A DNA stretch of 64,000 bases from an uncultured Spirochaetota bacterium (GCA_963768055.1 CAVYGN010000001.1:53590-117589); one strand, 5' to 3'. Counted from the first letter of the stretch, positions 10,212-19,705 are shown. Made by a program: numbers and translations. The notes: generated by a model from the letters alone, not told the origin.

Positions 10212-10472
10212 ATGGAATTTGTTAAGGATAGCGAACTTCTTAAAGCGCTGGGCCATCCGGTCAGGCTTCGGATCGTAGCCGCCCTTGCCGGAAGCAAGGA
10301 GTGCAACGTTAATAATATGGTGTCCAGGCTTAATATACCGCAATCGACGGTTTCCCAGCATCTTGGAATATTGAAAAGCCGGGGTATAATTACATTCAGG
10401 AAGAAAGGGGTGGAAACTTGTTATTTTGTGGAAGATGAAAGGGTAAAAAAGATACTAGAAGCGCTGGGATAA
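10212..10472 (+). CDS. ArsR/SmtB family transcriptional regulator
   Basis: LKALGHPVRLRIV..PQSTVSQHLGILK; palindrome AATATTATAATATT upstream at 10172-10185. Confidence 0.9.
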   Translation: MEFVKDSELLKALGHPVRLRIVAALAGSKECNVNNMVSRLNIPQSTVSQHLGILKSRGIITFRKKGVETCYFVEDERVKKILEALG

Positions 10473-10486
10473 TTTTATTTTGAATA

Positions 10487-11014
10487 TTACCTTCCGGTGA
10501 GGGCCTTCATCAGGTTATCGACTTCCTCCTGGTTGATGAAGGATTTTCTGTCGAATGCGAGTTGAAGATGCGACTCGCGAAGCTTGAGAAGAAGGCTGTA
10601 GGTTATTACCATCAGTATCTTGACCCCTGCGATGGGGTAGAGTTTGAAAAAAGACAAAAGCCCGTTCCTCTCGATTTCGATAAGCTCAGTGCGTTCAAGG
10701 GCGTAAACATCGGCAGTCCGCTTCATGTTTATGAAAAGCGCCGCCTCTCCGAAAATATCGCCTTCGCCGATCGAGCTCAAAAAAACGTCCTTTTTTTCAT
10801 CCTCATGTATCATTACATTTACAGATCCGTTTGCAATTACGTAAAGATTAGGGTTGACCTCATTTTCACCGATGATCTTCTCGCCCTTTGCAAACTGCAC
10901 AAATTTACAGAATCCGTAAAGGTTGTCGAGGTCGTCGTCGCTGAGATACTGAAAGGTTTTTGTGCTTTTCAGGACTTTGAAAGCGGCATCTTTTGCCATA
11001 GTAATCTGTTCCAT
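10487..11014 (-). CDS. cyclic nucleotide-binding domain protein
   Basis: LYVIANGSV, GDIFGEAALF, RTADVYA; no clear HTH. Confidence 0.85.
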   Translation of the reverse strand: MEQITMAKDAAFKVLKSTKTFQYLSDDDLDNLYGFCKFVQFAKGEKIIGENEVNPNLYVIANGSVNVMIHEDEKKDVFLSSIGEGDIFGEAALFINMKRTADVYALERTELIEIERNGLLSFFKLYPIAGVKILMVITYSLLLKLRESHLQLAFDRKSFINQEEVDNLMKALTGR

Positions 11015-11181
11015 TATCGATATCCTCCATTATAGGTGATATTAAAGTATAAACAAATATAATAAAAAAATTCCGGTTGGAAAATCTATATGTGAAAAAC
11101 CCGCATGAATCTTTTTTCCCGCCGCCGGCGATTGTCACTAAGCTCTATTGAAAAATATGACCGCTGGCAGCCTGTTCTGAT

Positions 11182-11565
11182 TTATTTTCTAAAAGCTCCC
11201 TGTATTATCAATACCCCTGAAACAGAAAAAATATAGGGACATAGTTTAAACGGCAGGAAATCGATATTATATCCGGTGAATAATGATAATATCGCCATCG
11301 AGAATAGCATAATTGAAGACGATATATAGATCAATTTTGAGGTTTTATTATTCTCTTTATTGATAACTGCCGTTATAAAAACGAGCAAGCCGATAAAGAT
11401 TAAAGTAAATCCTTCATTGATCCATTCCATTAAAATTATGTTTTTATTATTAGCCGACAGAGTACCGTAAACTCCGTTCGCAACGGCGCTCGCCGGGATT
11501 AAGTGAGAAGCGCCCCACAGGAAAGCTGATAAACCGCCGATCATAACAAAAATTTTTCTATACAT
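11182..11565 (-). CDS. small multi-pass membrane protein
   Basis: Four hydrophobic segments; AGGAGG RBS before ATG 11565. Confidence 0.7.
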   Translation of the reverse strand: MYRKIFVMIGGLSAFLWGASHLIPASAVANGVYGTLSANNKNIILMEWINEGFTLIFIGLLVFITAVINKENNKTSKLIYISSSIMLFSMAILSLFTGYNIDFLPFKLCPYIFSVSGVLIIQGAFRK

Positions 11566-11729
11566 ATTTTCCTCCTTACTTTGCACCGATAATTATATTT
11601 GTTAAGCCGCTGTTTAATTCAAAACTTCATCCTTAAAAACCGGCATAAAAGCCGGCCCTACTTTGTACATTCCCCATGGTTCGGCCGGTCCGAAGAGGCC
11701 CATATCCAATTTGCCGTTGCCGTATACTT

Positions 11730-12029
11730 CTATTTTTTTGATGAACTTTTCATTACAGGACCAAGATAATCCTTGACAAAAAATCCGAGTTCTTCCGATT
11801 TCATCAGGGAAAAACAAAGAACTTTCCCATTCATGGTCCAGCTGATCAAAGCCAATTTATCGCCGGCTTTAATATCCGCCTTATCTCTCACTTCTTTAGG
11901 CAGGACCATCTGTCCCCTCTCGTCAACGGTGATGAGAGATTCGACCCGGCACTTGCTGTCATTGCAGCATGAAGGCTCATTAATACAATCGGATCCGCAT
12001 ACTTTTGATTCTTCACTTTTTTTATCCAT
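11730..12029 (-). CDS. hgcC: HgcAB-associated protein HgcC-like (AbrB/MazE/SpoVT fold, Cys-rich N-terminus)
   Basis: C.VESLITVDERGQMVLPKEVRDKA.IKAGDKLALISW motif recalled for the HgcAB-associated family; hgcAB is in the same window. Confidence 0.75.
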   Translation of the reverse strand: MDKKSEESKVCGSDCINEPSCCNDSKCRVESLITVDERGQMVLPKEVRDKADIKAGDKLALISWTMNGKVLCFSLMKSEELGFFVKDYLGPVMKSSSKK

Positions 12030-12042
12030 TTAATTTCTCCTA

Positions 12043-12060
12043 ATTCTGATATATCAGAAT
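12043..12060. promoter_or_regulatory. perfect 18-bp palindrome upstream of hgcC (putative operator)
   Basis: ATTCTGATATATCAGAAT; ATCAGAATAATC recurs at 12053 and 12072. Confidence 0.6.
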
Positions 12061-12195
12061 AATCTATAAAATCAGAATAATCATAATGGATTTATAATTC
12101 TAACATAAATAATCTTATTTTTCAAACGATACTAATTATTTGCAGGTTATAGGCCTGCGGATTATAATGAAGGATAATCCGTGGTAGAGTAAATT

Positions 12196-13830
12196 ATGAA
12201 GAGGCGAGTTATGAAAAATTTCTGGGCCTTATTTTTTGTATTGGGGTCTGCTTTCAGCTTTCTGGGCGCTGAAGAAAAGACAAACCTGGATTCCGTGATC
12301 ACTTCCGTGATTGTATTTTCCGACAGGGCGCAGGTTACACGCAGCGCTGAGCTTACTCTTGCCCAGGGGGATTACGTCCTGGTTTTCGACATGCCTGATT
12401 CCATGGATTTAAAGAGCGTCCGGGCGAGCGGAAGCGGGAACGGCCGGATCAAGGACGTCAGTCTTATTACAAAATTCGTAACCGAAATATCCGATGACCG
12501 GATAAAGGCCCTATATGCCGAGAAAGAGAAAATGGAATCGGAGTTGAAAGATGACGACTTAAAAACAGCGAGAATAAATAATGAAGTCGATTTCCTGCAG
12601 AAAATGAAGGGAAAAGTAACCGGTGAAAACAATACACAGCTGGCTGTTGAAAAATGGACGGCTTTGATAGCGTTTTACCGGACCCGCCTGGATAGCCTGG
12701 ATAGGGAAAAACAAGCAGCCGAGCAGGAACAGAAGTCGATCAGGGGTAAACTCGACAAGATCAACTCTAAAATACAGGATTCGAACGCTATGCTGGGCAA
12801 GTCTAAAAAACAGGTCGAAATATTGTTTTACTGTGGGGGCGGAGGTAAAAATACGATAAGGTTGTCTTATATCGTTTATAACGCCGGCTGGCTGCCGGTT
12901 TACGATCTCAGGGTCGATAAGGACGAAAAAAAGGTCTCCCTGTCCTATTTCGGCATGATCAGGCAGAACACCGGTGAAAACTGGGATAACACCGCAATCA
13001 GCCTCTCGACGGCAAAGCCCTATGCCGGCGGCAATCAGCCCGAGCTTTCAGCCTGGTACATAGATGAAGCGAGGCGATACCCGGAAATTTCATCCCTTGA
13101 AGAAAAATCGGAGGCCCCAAAAAAATCGGGCATGAAAGATGAAATTACCCGGGACTATAAAGAACAGGCTCCTATTATAAACGAAGGAGCACAGGTCGAT
13201 ACGGGCGCAACCTCAGTCGATTTCCAGATCGGCGGCAGATCTACTATAGACAGCGACAATGTCCCGCACAAACTCGGGATCCTGGAAACAGCTTTCGATG
13301 CTGCTTTCCATTATTCCGCAGTCCCGAAACTTTCCCCTTACGCATATTTGAAAGCCGGAACAACGAACATTACGGAATATCCCTTTTTACCCGGCGAAGC
13401 CGGCATTTATTCGGACAACTCTTTCGTATCGACTTCCCGCCTTGAACTGGTCGCTCCCGGCGAGGAATTCCGGATGTTCCTGGGAATTGACGAGGCTATC
13501 CGGATTCGGCATAACCTGGTCAAACGCGAGAAGATGAAGTCCGGTTTTCTTGCGAATAATGTCAAATACCGGTATGAGTACTTGACTTTTATAAAAAACA
13601 ACCGCAGGGATAGCGTAGAATTGACATTATACGACCAGATCCCGATCGCCCTTAATGCGGAAATCAAAGTGGAATTGCTGGAGCCGGAATTAAAAAATAC
13701 GACAAATGTCAAGTTGAATGAAAATAAGACATTGGAGTGGAATTTTAGTATCAGACCCGGCCAGGAATTGAGCGTTCCCCTCATTTTTACCGTGGAACAC
13801 CCGGAAAATATGGCAGTCAATGGATTGTAA
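12196..13830 (+). CDS. mucoidy inhibitor MuiA family protein (DUF4140/DUF4139)
   Basis: ITSVIVFSDRAQVTR, AGWLPVYDLRV, QNTGENW..LSTAKP; signal peptide. Confidence 0.85.
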   Translation: MKRRVMKNFWALFFVLGSAFSFLGAEEKTNLDSVITSVIVFSDRAQVTRSAELTLAQGDYVLVFDMPDSMDLKSVRASGSGNGRIKDVSLITKFVTEISDDRIKALYAEKEKMESELKDDDLKTARINNEVDFLQKMKGKVTGENNTQLAVEKWTALIAFYRTRLDSLDREKQAAEQEQKSIRGKLDKINSKIQDSNAMLGKSKKQVEILFYCGGGGKNTIRLSYIVYNAGWLPVYDLRVDKDEKKVSLSYFGMIRQNTGENWDNTAISLSTAKPYAGGNQPELSAWYIDEARRYPEISSLEEKSEAPKKSGMKDEITRDYKEQAPIINEGAQVDTGATSVDFQIGGRSTIDSDNVPHKLGILETAFDAAFHYSAVPKLSPYAYLKAGTTNITEYPFLPGEAGIYSDNSFVSTSRLELVAPGEEFRMFLGIDEAIRIRHNLVKREKMKSGFLANNVKYRYEYLTFIKNNRRDSVELTLYDQIPIALNAEIKVELLEPELKNTTNVKLNENKTLEWNFSIRPGQELSVPLIFTVEHPENMAVNGL

Positions 13831-13846
13831 TTTCCGGCAGGTTGTA

Positions 13847-15106
13847 TTATGCATTACCGGGAGATGCGTTCCTTTGCTTTTTATTGGGATCGGCAAAAAA
13901 AAGCATTGAAAGCATCAATAAAACCCCGATGCCGATCGTTATAAAACATATTCTGATCCCGAAAGCCTGGCTTAGCCCCCCCGCTATCAGGTTTCCGATA
14001 GGCGTTGTCCCGGCATTAACAAGCAGATAGACGCTGATTACCATGCTTCTGTATTCATCGCTCGATTTTATTTGAAGAGTTGAATTAGCTGAAGTAAAAA
14101 ATGAAGATGTTATAAACCCGGTAAGAGCCAGTAAAAAAGATGATAACACCAGATTGGCGTTCAAGCCGATAATAATAAAAATTACTGAAACAGCGAAACC
14201 CGCGCCGGTCAGTACAAAATTTTTAGGCCCATGTTTGCTTCTGGAGGCTATAAAAAGAGCTCCGGAAAGAGAGCCCGCCCCCATGCAGGACCATAAAAAG
14301 CCCAATCCCTGTTCTTTCTGGTGAAGGCCGGCTTTAGCCAGGACAGGCATAAGGACATTAAAATTCATAATAAATGTGCCTATGATAAAAACTGAAATGA
14401 CAGTCTTCAGGAGAATTTTATTTGAAAAAATATATTTTAACCCGTTGTAAATATTACTCAGAATATTAGAGCTGCCTGCCTCTTTCCTGTAACTGAAAAT
14501 CGGCACTATAAAAAACATCCCGGCAATTAAAGGCAGAAAACTAAGGGCGTTTATCAGGAAACACCATCCTATCCCTAAACCGGCCATCAATAACCCTGCT
14601 ATGGCAGGGCCGACGATACGCGCCCCGTTATGGACAGCGGAATTAAGGCCGATTACGTTCATTAAATCGCCTTTTCCGATCATTTCAATGATAAACGACT
14701 GCCGGGCGGGAAAATCTATAGCGCTGATAGAACCAAGCGCCAATGACAAAATAACCAGGTGCCAGTACTGGATCAGGCGGGAAAAAACAAGGAAAGCTAA
14801 AATAAAGGCGATCACAGCCTGGGCGCTCTGGGTAAAAATTATTATTTTCTTTTTTTCATACCTGTCTATCGCAGCGCCTGCAAAAAGGGAAAAGAACATA
14901 ACGGGCAAATACTGCATTGCCCCGACAACTCCCAGCAGGAAAGCGGAGCCTGTGATGGAATAAGCAAGCCAGGGAAGGCTTATTGTCTGCATCCAGCTTC
15001 CTATCTGGGAAATTACCTGCCCTGAAAAGAATATCCTGTAATTTATGTGGCTTAAGGAATGAAATGATTTTTTTAATTTTCCAATTAATAGATATATATT
15101 AAACAT
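13847..15106 (-). CDS. MFS transporter (MFS_3 / transmembrane secretion effector type)
   Basis: NYRIFFSGQVISQIGSWMQ, IDFPARQSFI, GLNSAVHNGARIVGPAIAG; about 12 TM segments. Confidence 0.9.
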   Translation of the reverse strand: MFNIYLLIGKLKKSFHSLSHINYRIFFSGQVISQIGSWMQTISLPWLAYSITGSAFLLGVVGAMQYLPVMFFSLFAGAAIDRYEKKKIIIFTQSAQAVIAFILAFLVFSRLIQYWHLVILSLALGSISAIDFPARQSFIIEMIGKGDLMNVIGLNSAVHNGARIVGPAIAGLLMAGLGIGWCFLINALSFLPLIAGMFFIVPIFSYRKEAGSSNILSNIYNGLKYIFSNKILLKTVISVFIIGTFIMNFNVLMPVLAKAGLHQKEQGLGFLWSCMGAGSLSGALFIASRSKHGPKNFVLTGAGFAVSVIFIIIGLNANLVLSSFLLALTGFITSSFFTSANSTLQIKSSDEYRSMVISVYLLVNAGTTPIGNLIAGGLSQAFGIRICFITIGIGVLLMLSMLFFADPNKKQRNASPGNA

Positions 15107-15145
15107 ATAATAACCGGCGAAGCAGCCGTCAAAGCGTTACCGCTG

Positions 15146-15178
15146 CTACCGCTTTTTTAGCGAGTCCGCCGATAGCAT
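15146..15178 (-). other. candidate 10-aa leader peptide MLSADSLKKR in a structured 5' UTR
   Basis: GAAGGGA precedes TTG-ATG; the ORF lies inside nested inverted repeats (CGGCG/CGCCG, AGCAGC/GCTGCT). Confidence 0.3.
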
Positions 15179-15341
15179 CAATCCCTTCTATTGATATTAC
15201 AATTACGCAGTACGTAAATGTTATTATAATAATATATTTGATATAATAGCTTGTCAAGGTACATGTTTATATCAAAGGGTGATTCTGCAAGTATTGATAT
15301 GTGAGGCGGCAGGATTTTTATCCCGAAAAAGAAAATTAGTA

Positions 15342-15394
15342 TTGACAATGTAATTATTTTAAGCTATAGTTTACATATGACCGGGCGGTCATAT
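15342..15394 (+). promoter_or_regulatory. sigma70 promoter and perfect palindrome at the predicted start site
   Basis: TTGACA(15342)-17 bp-TATAGT(15365); ATATGACCG-GG-CGGTCATAT at 15375-15394. Confidence 0.7.
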
Positions 15395-15516
15395 TATTTA
15401 AAAAATTTTAATGAAAGTTGACGAGAATACTATTTTTAGTTTAACATAACAGCATCAAGTCATGAAAATCAGGCTTTGATGCCGGCCCGGTCGAGTATAA
15501 GCGGAAGGGGATAGTT

Positions 15517-15633
15517 ATGTCTCAAATACTTTTTAATCCGGCATTAAATTGTTTTAGAAACATTCCTGTTTTCTCGGGATGCAAGTTCTGGATCAAAGGG
15601 ATTCCCTTCTCCGAGCCTCCCAGTCCCAAATAA
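15517..15633 (+). CDS. 38-aa proline-rich leader peptide candidate
   Basis: AAGGGG RBS; MSQILFNPALNCFRNIPVFSGCKFWIKGIPFSEPPSPK*; 6 Pro, 4 of them in the last 9 residues. Confidence 0.6.
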   Translation: MSQILFNPALNCFRNIPVFSGCKFWIKGIPFSEPPSPK

Positions 15634-15689
15634 CCAAAATTCCATACCGGTTCTAATCGCAATTAAGACGGTTATACAGGAGGCTGATC

Positions 15690-16964
15690 ATGCGCTTTTG
15701 GGACAAATTATATTTCAATCTGAAAAGATATTTCAAATCGATTCAATTATTTCTGATCATAAGCGGTCCGGGTATCATTGTTATGATGGCCGATAACGAT
15801 GCGGGCGGTATTACGACTTATGCCGCCACTGGAGCGAAATACGGTTATCATCTGATCTGGTTTATGATCCTGCTTTTTCCCGTGGCTTATTACGTACAGG
15901 AAATGACCGTAAGGTTAGGCGCGGTAACGAAGCATGGCCATGCCGAAGCGATATTCAGCGCGTTCGGCCCCTTCTGGGGCTGGTTTTCTCTGATCAACCT
16001 GGGTATTGTCGACTGGCTCACCCTTGTAACGGAATTCATTGGCATGACCGCGGCTATGAGCATTTTCCACGTTGCGCCCCTTATAACGATTGCCATCGTG
16101 ATCGTTATCATGGGTATTATGATCATTCAGGGGCGCTACTGGACCTGGGAAAAGATCGCTATCGCCTTTTCGATATTGAACGTCATATACATTCCAGCCT
16201 GTATTATGGTCAAACCGAGCGTTTCGGATATAATCAGGATAGGCCTTATACCCCATTTCCCCGGCGGATTTAATGTCGATATCTTCTTTTTTATCATGGC
16301 TAATATCGGCACTACTATAGCTCCCTGGATGATTTTCTTCCAGCAGAGCGCGGTTGTAGACAAGGGGATGCAGGAAAAGGACATCCCCTGGGGCAAATTC
16401 GACACCTTAAACGGCGCGGCATGGACGGTCATAGTCGCAATAGTTATTATTATCGCTGCAGGTACGGTTCTTCTCGGCCAGCCTATCGATAACGCCGCCC
16501 AGGCGGCCCTTGTGCTGATGAAGACCAATCAATGGGTCGGGACAATGATTGCAATCGGACTTTTCGATGCGGGTTTATTGGGCGCAATATGCATTTCGCT
16601 TGCGACCTCATGGGCTTTCGGGGAAGTATTCGGCTGGGCGCATTCGCTCAATAAAAAGGTTAAAGAAGCGCCCTGGTTTTACGGCGCTTATTTTATTCTT
16701 CTCTCATCGGCAGCCGCTGTGGTTCTTATCCCAAACGCTCCCCTTGTGCTGATAACTCTTTTTGTCCAGGTCGTTGCCGTGACCCTTCTCCCCGCGGCGC
16801 TGGTATTCCTGATCCTGCTGTTAAACGATAAAAAACTTATGGGAAAACACGCCAATACGCCCCTCGAGAATATTATTAATATCACTATTGTATCAATCAT
16901 CATTGTAATATCTACGCTTTACGGGATAAGCGCGATTTTCCCCGAATTTTTTGCGGTTAAATAA
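15690..16964 (+). CDS. Nramp-related divalent metal transporter (Mg2+-type clade)
   Basis: DNDAGGITTY in TM1 instead of MntH-type DPGN; GTTIAPWMIFFQQS; adjacent MgtE-like gene. Confidence 0.85.
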   Translation: MRFWDKLYFNLKRYFKSIQLFLIISGPGIIVMMADNDAGGITTYAATGAKYGYHLIWFMILLFPVAYYVQEMTVRLGAVTKHGHAEAIFSAFGPFWGWFSLINLGIVDWLTLVTEFIGMTAAMSIFHVAPLITIAIVIVIMGIMIIQGRYWTWEKIAIAFSILNVIYIPACIMVKPSVSDIIRIGLIPHFPGGFNVDIFFFIMANIGTTIAPWMIFFQQSAVVDKGMQEKDIPWGKFDTLNGAAWTVIVAIVIIIAAGTVLLGQPIDNAAQAALVLMKTNQWVGTMIAIGLFDAGLLGAICISLATSWAFGEVFGWAHSLNKKVKEAPWFYGAYFILLSSAAAVVLIPNAPLVLITLFVQVVAVTLLPAALVFLILLLNDKKLMGKHANTPLENIINITIVSIIIVISTLYGISAIFPEFFAVK

Positions 16965-16976
16965 GGAGGGTTTATA

Positions 16977-17153
16977 ATGCTGCGAATGATTAACGGGTTT
17001 TTAAAAAGCATATCGGAAATAAATAAGAAGTATAAAACCCCTACCATAAAGATAACGCCGATGGTCAGGTTTTCTCTCTTTATTCTCCGCATGTATCTGT
17101 TAATACTTGTCGGATTATTGGTATTCCGATTCATTACTCTATTGCATAAATAG
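16977..17153 (+). CDS. 58-aa single-TM protein (not in ORF track)
   Basis: AAGGAGG RBS; MLRMINGFLKSISEINKKYKTPTIKITPMVRFSLFILRMYLLILVGLLVFRFITLLHK*; fills the operon gap; its TAG overlaps the next RBS. Confidence 0.8.
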   Translation: MLRMINGFLKSISEINKKYKTPTIKITPMVRFSLFILRMYLLILVGLLVFRFITLLHK

Positions 17154-17163
17154 GAGGTTTTTC

Positions 17164-18444
17164 ATGAACGATATAAATAAAAAAGATATGCGGCCTGAGC
17201 CTAAGAGGCCGGAGCCGGAAAAGAGCTTTTTACTGAGCGAGATAAAAGACATACCCGTTTATAACGGCGTAAAGCGGATAGGCAGGCTTTCGGATATGAT
17301 CGTCCAGGAATACGCTACGATTCCGCATATCACTCATTTTATTATAAAAAGGCCCTTCGGCTATCCGAAGCTGCTCATTCCAATGGCTAAAATGCTGTCT
17401 ATCGGCCTTAAAAGCCTTCGTTTTGAGCTGCCCTCCCTGGATGAATATGAAAAAGAGCCAGAACCCGGCGACATGCTCCTTCGGGACTATATTCTCGATA
17501 AAAAAGTGATCGATATGGACGAACATGAAGTATCGGTAGTCTACGATGTGAAGATCATCCAGGTGAATAAAAAGCTCTATGCAAGCGATGTCGACTTCAG
17601 CCACTACGGATTTTACAGGCGTCTGCATATGAAATGGCTTGCCGGGATATTGAATATCAAAGAGGACCTGTTATCCTGGAAATTCGTTCAGCCGCTGCCT
17701 GGGAACCTCAGCAGTTTCAAAGGCGATATCAAGCTGACGGCTTTGAAAGAAAAGCTTGCCGATATTTCTCCGGTCGATATGGCTGACATTATCGAGGAAT
17801 TGGACCGGGAACAGCGCGCCGCAGTCTTCCAGGAAATGCCCACGGAACAGGCTTCGGACACCCTTGAAGAGCTCGAACCCAGCGTCCAGCGCGAGGTGGT
17901 TTCTTCACTTAAAAAAGAAACTGTCGCCCAGCTTATAAATGATATGACCCCCGCGCAGGCTGCCGATGTCCTGGCGGTTATTTCACTTTCGGAAAAAGAA
18001 TCGATTATGCAGCTTGTTGAAAAAGATATGGCATTGAAGATACAGGCCATTCTTGACAGGCAGGAAGAAAACATCCTTAATTTCACTACCGCCAGTTTCC
18101 TTAAATTCGGCCCGCATGAAATTGCAAGAGATGTCCGTAAATTATACCAGAAAAAGGCCCGCGACATGGATGTGATCATGTATCTTTATGTGGTCGACCC
18201 TGAAGATAAGCTCCTGGGAGTACTGGACATCAAAGAACTATTAATTGCGGAAGATGGAGCGCTTCTTTCGGAAATAATGACTGAAGGAATAATAAATTTG
18301 AACCCTGACAGCACGCTGCATGACGCATCCGATCTGTTCGACCGCTATAGTTTCAGGGCCCTGCCCGTATTGGACGCCGATGGGAAAATTCAAGGCGTCG
18401 TTCCCTACAGGGATGTAATGGAATTGAAACACCGGTTTTTATAG
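17164..18444 (+). CDS. soluble MgtE-like protein (PRC-barrel-like, MgtE N-domain, CBS pair; no TM domain)
   Basis: KLADISPVDMADIIEEL, YLYVVDPEDKLLGVLDIKELL, FRALPVLD. Confidence 0.85.
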   Translation: MNDINKKDMRPEPKRPEPEKSFLLSEIKDIPVYNGVKRIGRLSDMIVQEYATIPHITHFIIKRPFGYPKLLIPMAKMLSIGLKSLRFELPSLDEYEKEPEPGDMLLRDYILDKKVIDMDEHEVSVVYDVKIIQVNKKLYASDVDFSHYGFYRRLHMKWLAGILNIKEDLLSWKFVQPLPGNLSSFKGDIKLTALKEKLADISPVDMADIIEELDREQRAAVFQEMPTEQASDTLEELEPSVQREVVSSLKKETVAQLINDMTPAQAADVLAVISLSEKESIMQLVEKDMALKIQAILDRQEENILNFTTASFLKFGPHEIARDVRKLYQKKARDMDVIMYLYVVDPEDKLLGVLDIKELLIAEDGALLSEIMTEGIINLNPDSTLHDASDLFDRYSFRALPVLDADGKIQGVVPYRDVMELKHRFL

Positions 18445-18795
18445 AGTTTCTTTGAGAAGTATCCTTGTATTATATAAAGAACAGGCATAATGAGAAATAA
18501 CAATCGGAGCATTTTGAATGATCGATGAAATTATTTCTTTGTAGAGAAATCACTGACTGAAATTGCAACTTATGTCGTTGACTTTCATAATATAGCGCTG
18601 CATTCAAATTTAAAGATAATGAATCCGGAGAAATATAAAGAAAACAGGATTTGAATAAAATTAAGAATTTATCTTATAATAAAGCGGTAGCTTTTTAACC
18701 TGATATTAATAAAAACTTTGTTTCCCGCTTGCCATCTATGGTGAGACGAGCTTCGGGACTCTGGAATAAAATTTATTTAATATAGGGGATAATAG

Positions 18796-19656
18796 GTGTC
18801 GGTTAAATCAAGGGCGATATTCCTCGCGGTTTTATCGGATATTTTATTGATAGTCATAAAAACCGGGGCCGGTATTTTCAGCGGTTCTGTCAGTTTATTA
18901 TCGGAAGCCGTACATTCGGGAATGGACATGGTTTCATCGATAATTAATTTCCTTTCAGTAAGAGTGTCGGATAAACCACCGGATGAGAGCCATCCATACG
19001 GTCATCATAAGTTCGAGGATATGTCGGGACTTCTCGAATCGATCCTCCTTTTGTTCGCTTCCGGGTCAATTATTTATGAGGCGATAATCAGGCTTAAAAA
19101 TTTGAAAGAAATCAGTATGCCGTCCCTTGGCCTGGCTGTTATGGTTTTTTCTTCCCTTCTGAATCTTGCGCTCTCTTTTCACTTTTCCAATGTAGCTAAA
19201 AAAGAAAGCTCAATCGCCCTTGAAGCCGAGGCTTTAGACAAAAGGGCCGACATAATTTCCACAGCGGGTGTAGGGGTCGGCTTTATTCTCATATGGCTCT
19301 TCAAGCTCTATTATGTCGACCCAATTCTTGCAATAATAATTGCCCTGTACATATTGAGGGGAGCGGTTTCGCTTTTTATCAAGGTGGTTAATCCCCTGAC
19401 CGACTCAAGCCTTTCAAAAAAAGATATTATAATTATCAAGGAAGTATTAAATAACAACTCCGATTATATATTTGATTATCATGACCTGAGGACAAGGGGG
19501 GACGGCATCACCAGGTATATTGATATGCACATCACGCTTCCGGATAATATGACGATCCATCGCGGCCATGACATCGCCAATAAAATTGAAAAGGAAATCG
19601 AAAGCAGGCTTAAAAACACCCAGGTCCTTATCCATATGGAGCCGAAAGAGGGTTAA
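18796..19656 (+). CDS. cation diffusion facilitator (FieF/CzcD family)
   Basis: SEAVHSGMD, PPDESHPYGHHKFE, C-terminal HDLRTR..HMEP. Confidence 0.9.
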   Translation: MSVKSRAIFLAVLSDILLIVIKTGAGIFSGSVSLLSEAVHSGMDMVSSIINFLSVRVSDKPPDESHPYGHHKFEDMSGLLESILLLFASGSIIYEAIIRLKNLKEISMPSLGLAVMVFSSLLNLALSFHFSNVAKKESSIALEAEALDKRADIISTAGVGVGFILIWLFKLYYVDPILAIIIALYILRGAVSLFIKVVNPLTDSSLSKKDIIIIKEVLNNNSDYIFDYHDLRTRGDGITRYIDMHITLPDNMTIHRGHDIANKIEKEIESRLKNTQVLIHMEPKEG

Positions 19657-19705
19657 TCATCAACCCCTCCCGGTTGACATCATGGAGGAAAATACCGAGG
19701 CCATT

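Noticed and set aside
11614-11817. 67-aa ORF downstream of hgcC
   Set aside because: It overlaps hgcC out of frame, has no RBS and has no recognisable motif
15400-15690. M-box (ykoK) or yybP-ykoY riboswitch before the Nramp gene
   Set aside because: Conserved core sequences were not recognisable by eye; an Infernal scan is needed to exclude them fully
18518-18660. Possible frameshifted mini-ORF (MIDEIIS..VEKSLTEIATYVVDFH)
   Set aside because: Short, AT-rich and no recognisable family
18720-18760. Hairpin upstream of the CDF gene as a NiCo, Mn or fluoride riboswitch
   Set aside because: Only a small wobble-rich stem; the conserved nucleotides of those families are absent
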